Source: Neophaeotheca triangularis
Lineage: Eukaryota
Direction of reading: 5' to 3'
NCBI GenBank assembly: GCA_054600435.1
Contig: BAAIJX010000076.1
Coordinates: 52,580-72,579 of the forward strand
DNA length: 20,000 nt
Made by a program: the position numbers and the translations under genes. Positions 17,490 to 20,000 of this stretch are shown here, piece by piece. The notes under the pieces were generated by a model. The model saw only the letters and a list, made by a program, of their open reading frames with translations, made no database searches and was not told the DNA's origin. How positions within the stretch are numbered: position 1 is the first letter of the stretch; the number at the start of each line of letters is the position of its first letter.

Positions 17490-18908
17490 ATGGTCCGGAA
17501 CATCGTCGTCTTGGGCGGCTCCTCCCACCCTCAGCTCACCGATCGCATCTGCACCCACCTCGGCGTTGAAGCCGCCAAGATTCACCTCTCCAAGTTTGCG
17601 GTCGGTGAGACAAGAGTCGAGATTATTGAGTCTGTGCGCGGGAAAGATGTCTTTATTGTTCAAAGCGGCGGGGGAAAGGTGAACGACCACTTGATGGAGC
17701 TTTTGATTACGATCAGCGCCTGCAAAACAGCCAGCGCCAAGAGGGTTACGGCTGTCCTGCCTCTCTTTCCCTACAGCAGGCAAAGCGACTTGCCATACAA
17801 TAAGGTCGGAGCGCCCCTCGCGAGGGTCCCAAAGAAGGTAGATGGCGGCAATGGCAGTGGCAATGGCGAGGGGAGCGGCAAATACAGCTTCGAGAGCAGA
17901 CCGGAAACCCCACACCCGGGTCAAACTGAGAGTGCCGGCCTCAACAACAACGGCAGCGGCAGTCTCCAGCGCAAACTCAACGGCCTGAGCATCAAGGAGA
18001 AACAACTCCCCAACGGCGACAGCGTTCACACCCCCGTCGCTACCGGCGAGTCTAAGAGGAAAAGCACCATGGATAGCATCCAAAGCGACGTATCCTCGAC
18101 CTCATATTTCGACGAGACCCTGCCCAAAACCCATCAAAACCCCTCCTCCCCGCCCCACCACCAGTCCGCATACGAGCACGACCAATCCTCAGAACAACAA
18201 TCTCAACCTCCAGCTTTCACCCCGCAACGCGGCTACAAACAATGGGTCGCCCAAGCCGGTACCCTCGTCGCCGACCTCCTCACCTGCGCTGGCGCAGACC
18301 ACATCATAACAATGGACCTGCACGATCCCCAGTACCAAGGCTTTTTCGACATTCCCGTCGACAACCTCTACGGCCGACACTTCCTCTCTAAATACATCAA
18401 AAACCAAATCATGCCCTCCCACGGTGGGCAAGAAGGCTGCGTCATCGTGTCCCCTGACGCCGGCGGTGCCAAACGCGCGACCTCCATCGCCGACAACCTC
18501 GGCGTCGGTTTCGCGCTCATCCACAAGGAGCGTAGACCTACGCAGCAGCAACTCAAACAAAACGCCACCATGCTGCTCGTCGGCGATGTCAAAGATCGCA
18601 CCGCCATTTTGGTCGATGACCTAGCCGATACATCCAATACTATCACTCGCGCGGCGAAACTCCTCAAAAAGGAAGGCGCCACCAAAGTTTTCGCCCTCGT
18701 CACTCACGGCGTTCTCAGCGGCGACGCTATTGAGCGGATCGGCCAGAGCGCGCTGGACAAAGTCGTCGTGACCAACAGCGTGCCTCAGGAGGAGCACTTG
18801 CGGAGTTGTCCTAAACTGGAGGTTCTGGAAGTTGGAGGCGTCTTTGCCGAGGCGATTCGTAGGGTTCATCATGGCGAGAGTATTAGCGTGTTGTTCCAGT
18901 ACGATTAG
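17490..18908 (+). CDS. PRS5: Ribose-phosphate pyrophosphokinase (PRPP synthetase), Prs5-type subunit with a long non-homologous insertion
   Basis: 472-aa intronless ORF: ESVRGKDVFIVQSG, VNDHLMELLITISACKTASAKRVTAVLPLFPYSRQ, a ~140-aa insertion containing YSFESRPETP, then YKQWVAQAGTLVADLL, ITMDLHDPQYQGFFDIPVDNL, VSPDAGGAKRA, ILVDDLADTSNT and AEAIRRVHHGESIS. The insertion position and flanks match the Prs5 class. Confidence 0.95.
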   Translation: MVRNIVVLGGSSHPQLTDRICTHLGVEAAKIHLSKFAVGETRVEIIESVRGKDVFIVQSGGGKVNDHLMELLITISACKTASAKRVTAVLPLFPYSRQSDLPYNKVGAPLARVPKKVDGGNGSGNGEGSGKYSFESRPETPHPGQTESAGLNNNGSGSLQRKLNGLSIKEKQLPNGDSVHTPVATGESKRKSTMDSIQSDVSSTSYFDETLPKTHQNPSSPPHHQSAYEHDQSSEQQSQPPAFTPQRGYKQWVAQAGTLVADLLTCAGADHIITMDLHDPQYQGFFDIPVDNLYGRHFLSKYIKNQIMPSHGGQEGCVIVSPDAGGAKRATSIADNLGVGFALIHKERRPTQQQLKQNATMLLVGDVKDRTAILVDDLADTSNTITRAAKLLKKEGATKVFALVTHGVLSGDAIERIGQSALDKVVVTNSVPQEEHLRSCPKLEVLEVGGVFAEAIRRVHHGESISVLFQYD

Positions 18909-19853
18909 GAATTAGGGTGACTACATGGTGATTCCTAGTTGTTGAGGGGGGGAAGCGGTTGCTTGGTTGGCCAACTGGTCTTGAGATGTTTTACGAGGGG
19001 CGTTTTAAATCGTGGGTACGCCCAGCCTGCGAGGCTGGTGGACTGTGGTCTTAGAAGCTTTGCCGATTAGTTGCCATGACCGGGACGCGAAGTTATCGGA
19101 TGGGCGTCGCAAGGTCTTCAGCTTCGCGATAATCTACAGCGGCAACGCTGGAGGCGGTGCTTTTGCAAATCGTTTTCCTTGCTCGATCTCGTCCCTCCCA
19201 CTCGGATCGGCTCAATTTGTGGCCCCCTTTCAAAGCTTTTCTTCGCATACGTTCGGTCCCGCATGTGTACACTTCGGCCATCCAGCCAAGTACGTGTAGG
19301 TAGTCACGGTAATCCTGACTCCATTATCGCCAACCCTCTAAGCTTCCAAGGCATGCCAGATTCAAGGCATCGCTTCCCAGCGAAAGCAAAAGTCTTGCAC
19401 TTCTTGAAACATGGAAAGAGCGTAGACAAAGGGAGAACAGAAATAGCGGTCCAAAAAAACCCCCCAAAGCCCCCTGACCAGGCACCAAGGCGCTCGCATA
19501 TACAGACCCCCGCCAGCAAAGAATGTACACCCGCCCCCTCCACAGTCAAAGCGAACGGTCGAACCAGCCACCTTGCCCATCCCAGCCGCTTACAGAAAAA
19601 ATAGCTTATAAAAAAAAAACAAATCTGTTTTCAATTTATTAATTATCTCATTTTACTAAAAAATATACAACCAACCCCCGCATCGTCCCGTCCGGCCGCT
19701 TCCTCCTTTCCCTCATCCAACCCCAAAACACCCATGAAAACCCGGATCGAGACCGCGCGCGAGAGAAAAGCACACGAGACCGCGAAAGGGGAAAAAACCT
19801 AGTTCGCTCTGCAAGCCAAGATGAGATGGCATGGAGACAACTTTTTCGACTCT

Positions 19854-19874
19854 GGGGGGGGGGGGGGGGGGGGG
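19854..19874 (+). repeat. Poly-G homopolymer (21 nt)
   Basis: Uninterrupted G run counted directly from the sequence. Confidence 0.95.
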
Positions 19875-20000
19875 TATTATTGGCGTTATTGCCGCTTGGA
19901 AAGGATGGGGCTCTCGGAAACCCTAACGGTTGTTATTTAACTGATTTGGTTTTGCAAAGACGGGTGGTGCGGGTATTGTTGATGTAGTGTATTACAAAAA

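Noticed and set aside
17364..18872. Long antisense ORFs over PRS5 (239, 123, 111 aa)
   Set aside because: Shadow frames of a GC-rich, codon-biased conserved gene, with no recognisable motifs.
19012..19604. Short ORFs downstream of PRS5, including the 141-aa frame at 19179
   Set aside because: Non-ATG starts, homopolymer-rich sequence and no recognisable domain.
19921..19926. CCCTAA telomere-like hexamer
   Set aside because: Single copy, expected by chance.

Overview
Eukaryotic genomic DNA from a filamentous ascomycete (Pezizomycotina; short spliceosomal introns with CTRAC-type branch sites). The right two-thirds is a compact housekeeping block: CDC45 (-), a secreted CE5 acetylxylan esterase/cutinase-family gene (+, 1 intron), a PRKRIP1/DUF1168 splicing-factor gene (-), a divergent DET1-like histidine phosphatase (+, 3 introns, the first GC-AG) and a Prs5-type PRPP synthetase subunit (+). 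The left ~7 kb looks accessory and is the most interesting part. It holds two tandem + strand orphan genes, each with a divergent Myb/SANT-like motif and an acidic tail, converging on a three-exon - strand gene that the ORF track splits and mis-starts. That gene encodes a 193-aa protein made almost entirely of two Sin3-type PAH-like repeats. Domain calls in this left region come from motif recognition by eye and need HMM or structure confirmation. No rRNA, tRNA, CRISPR array or recognisable transposon was found.
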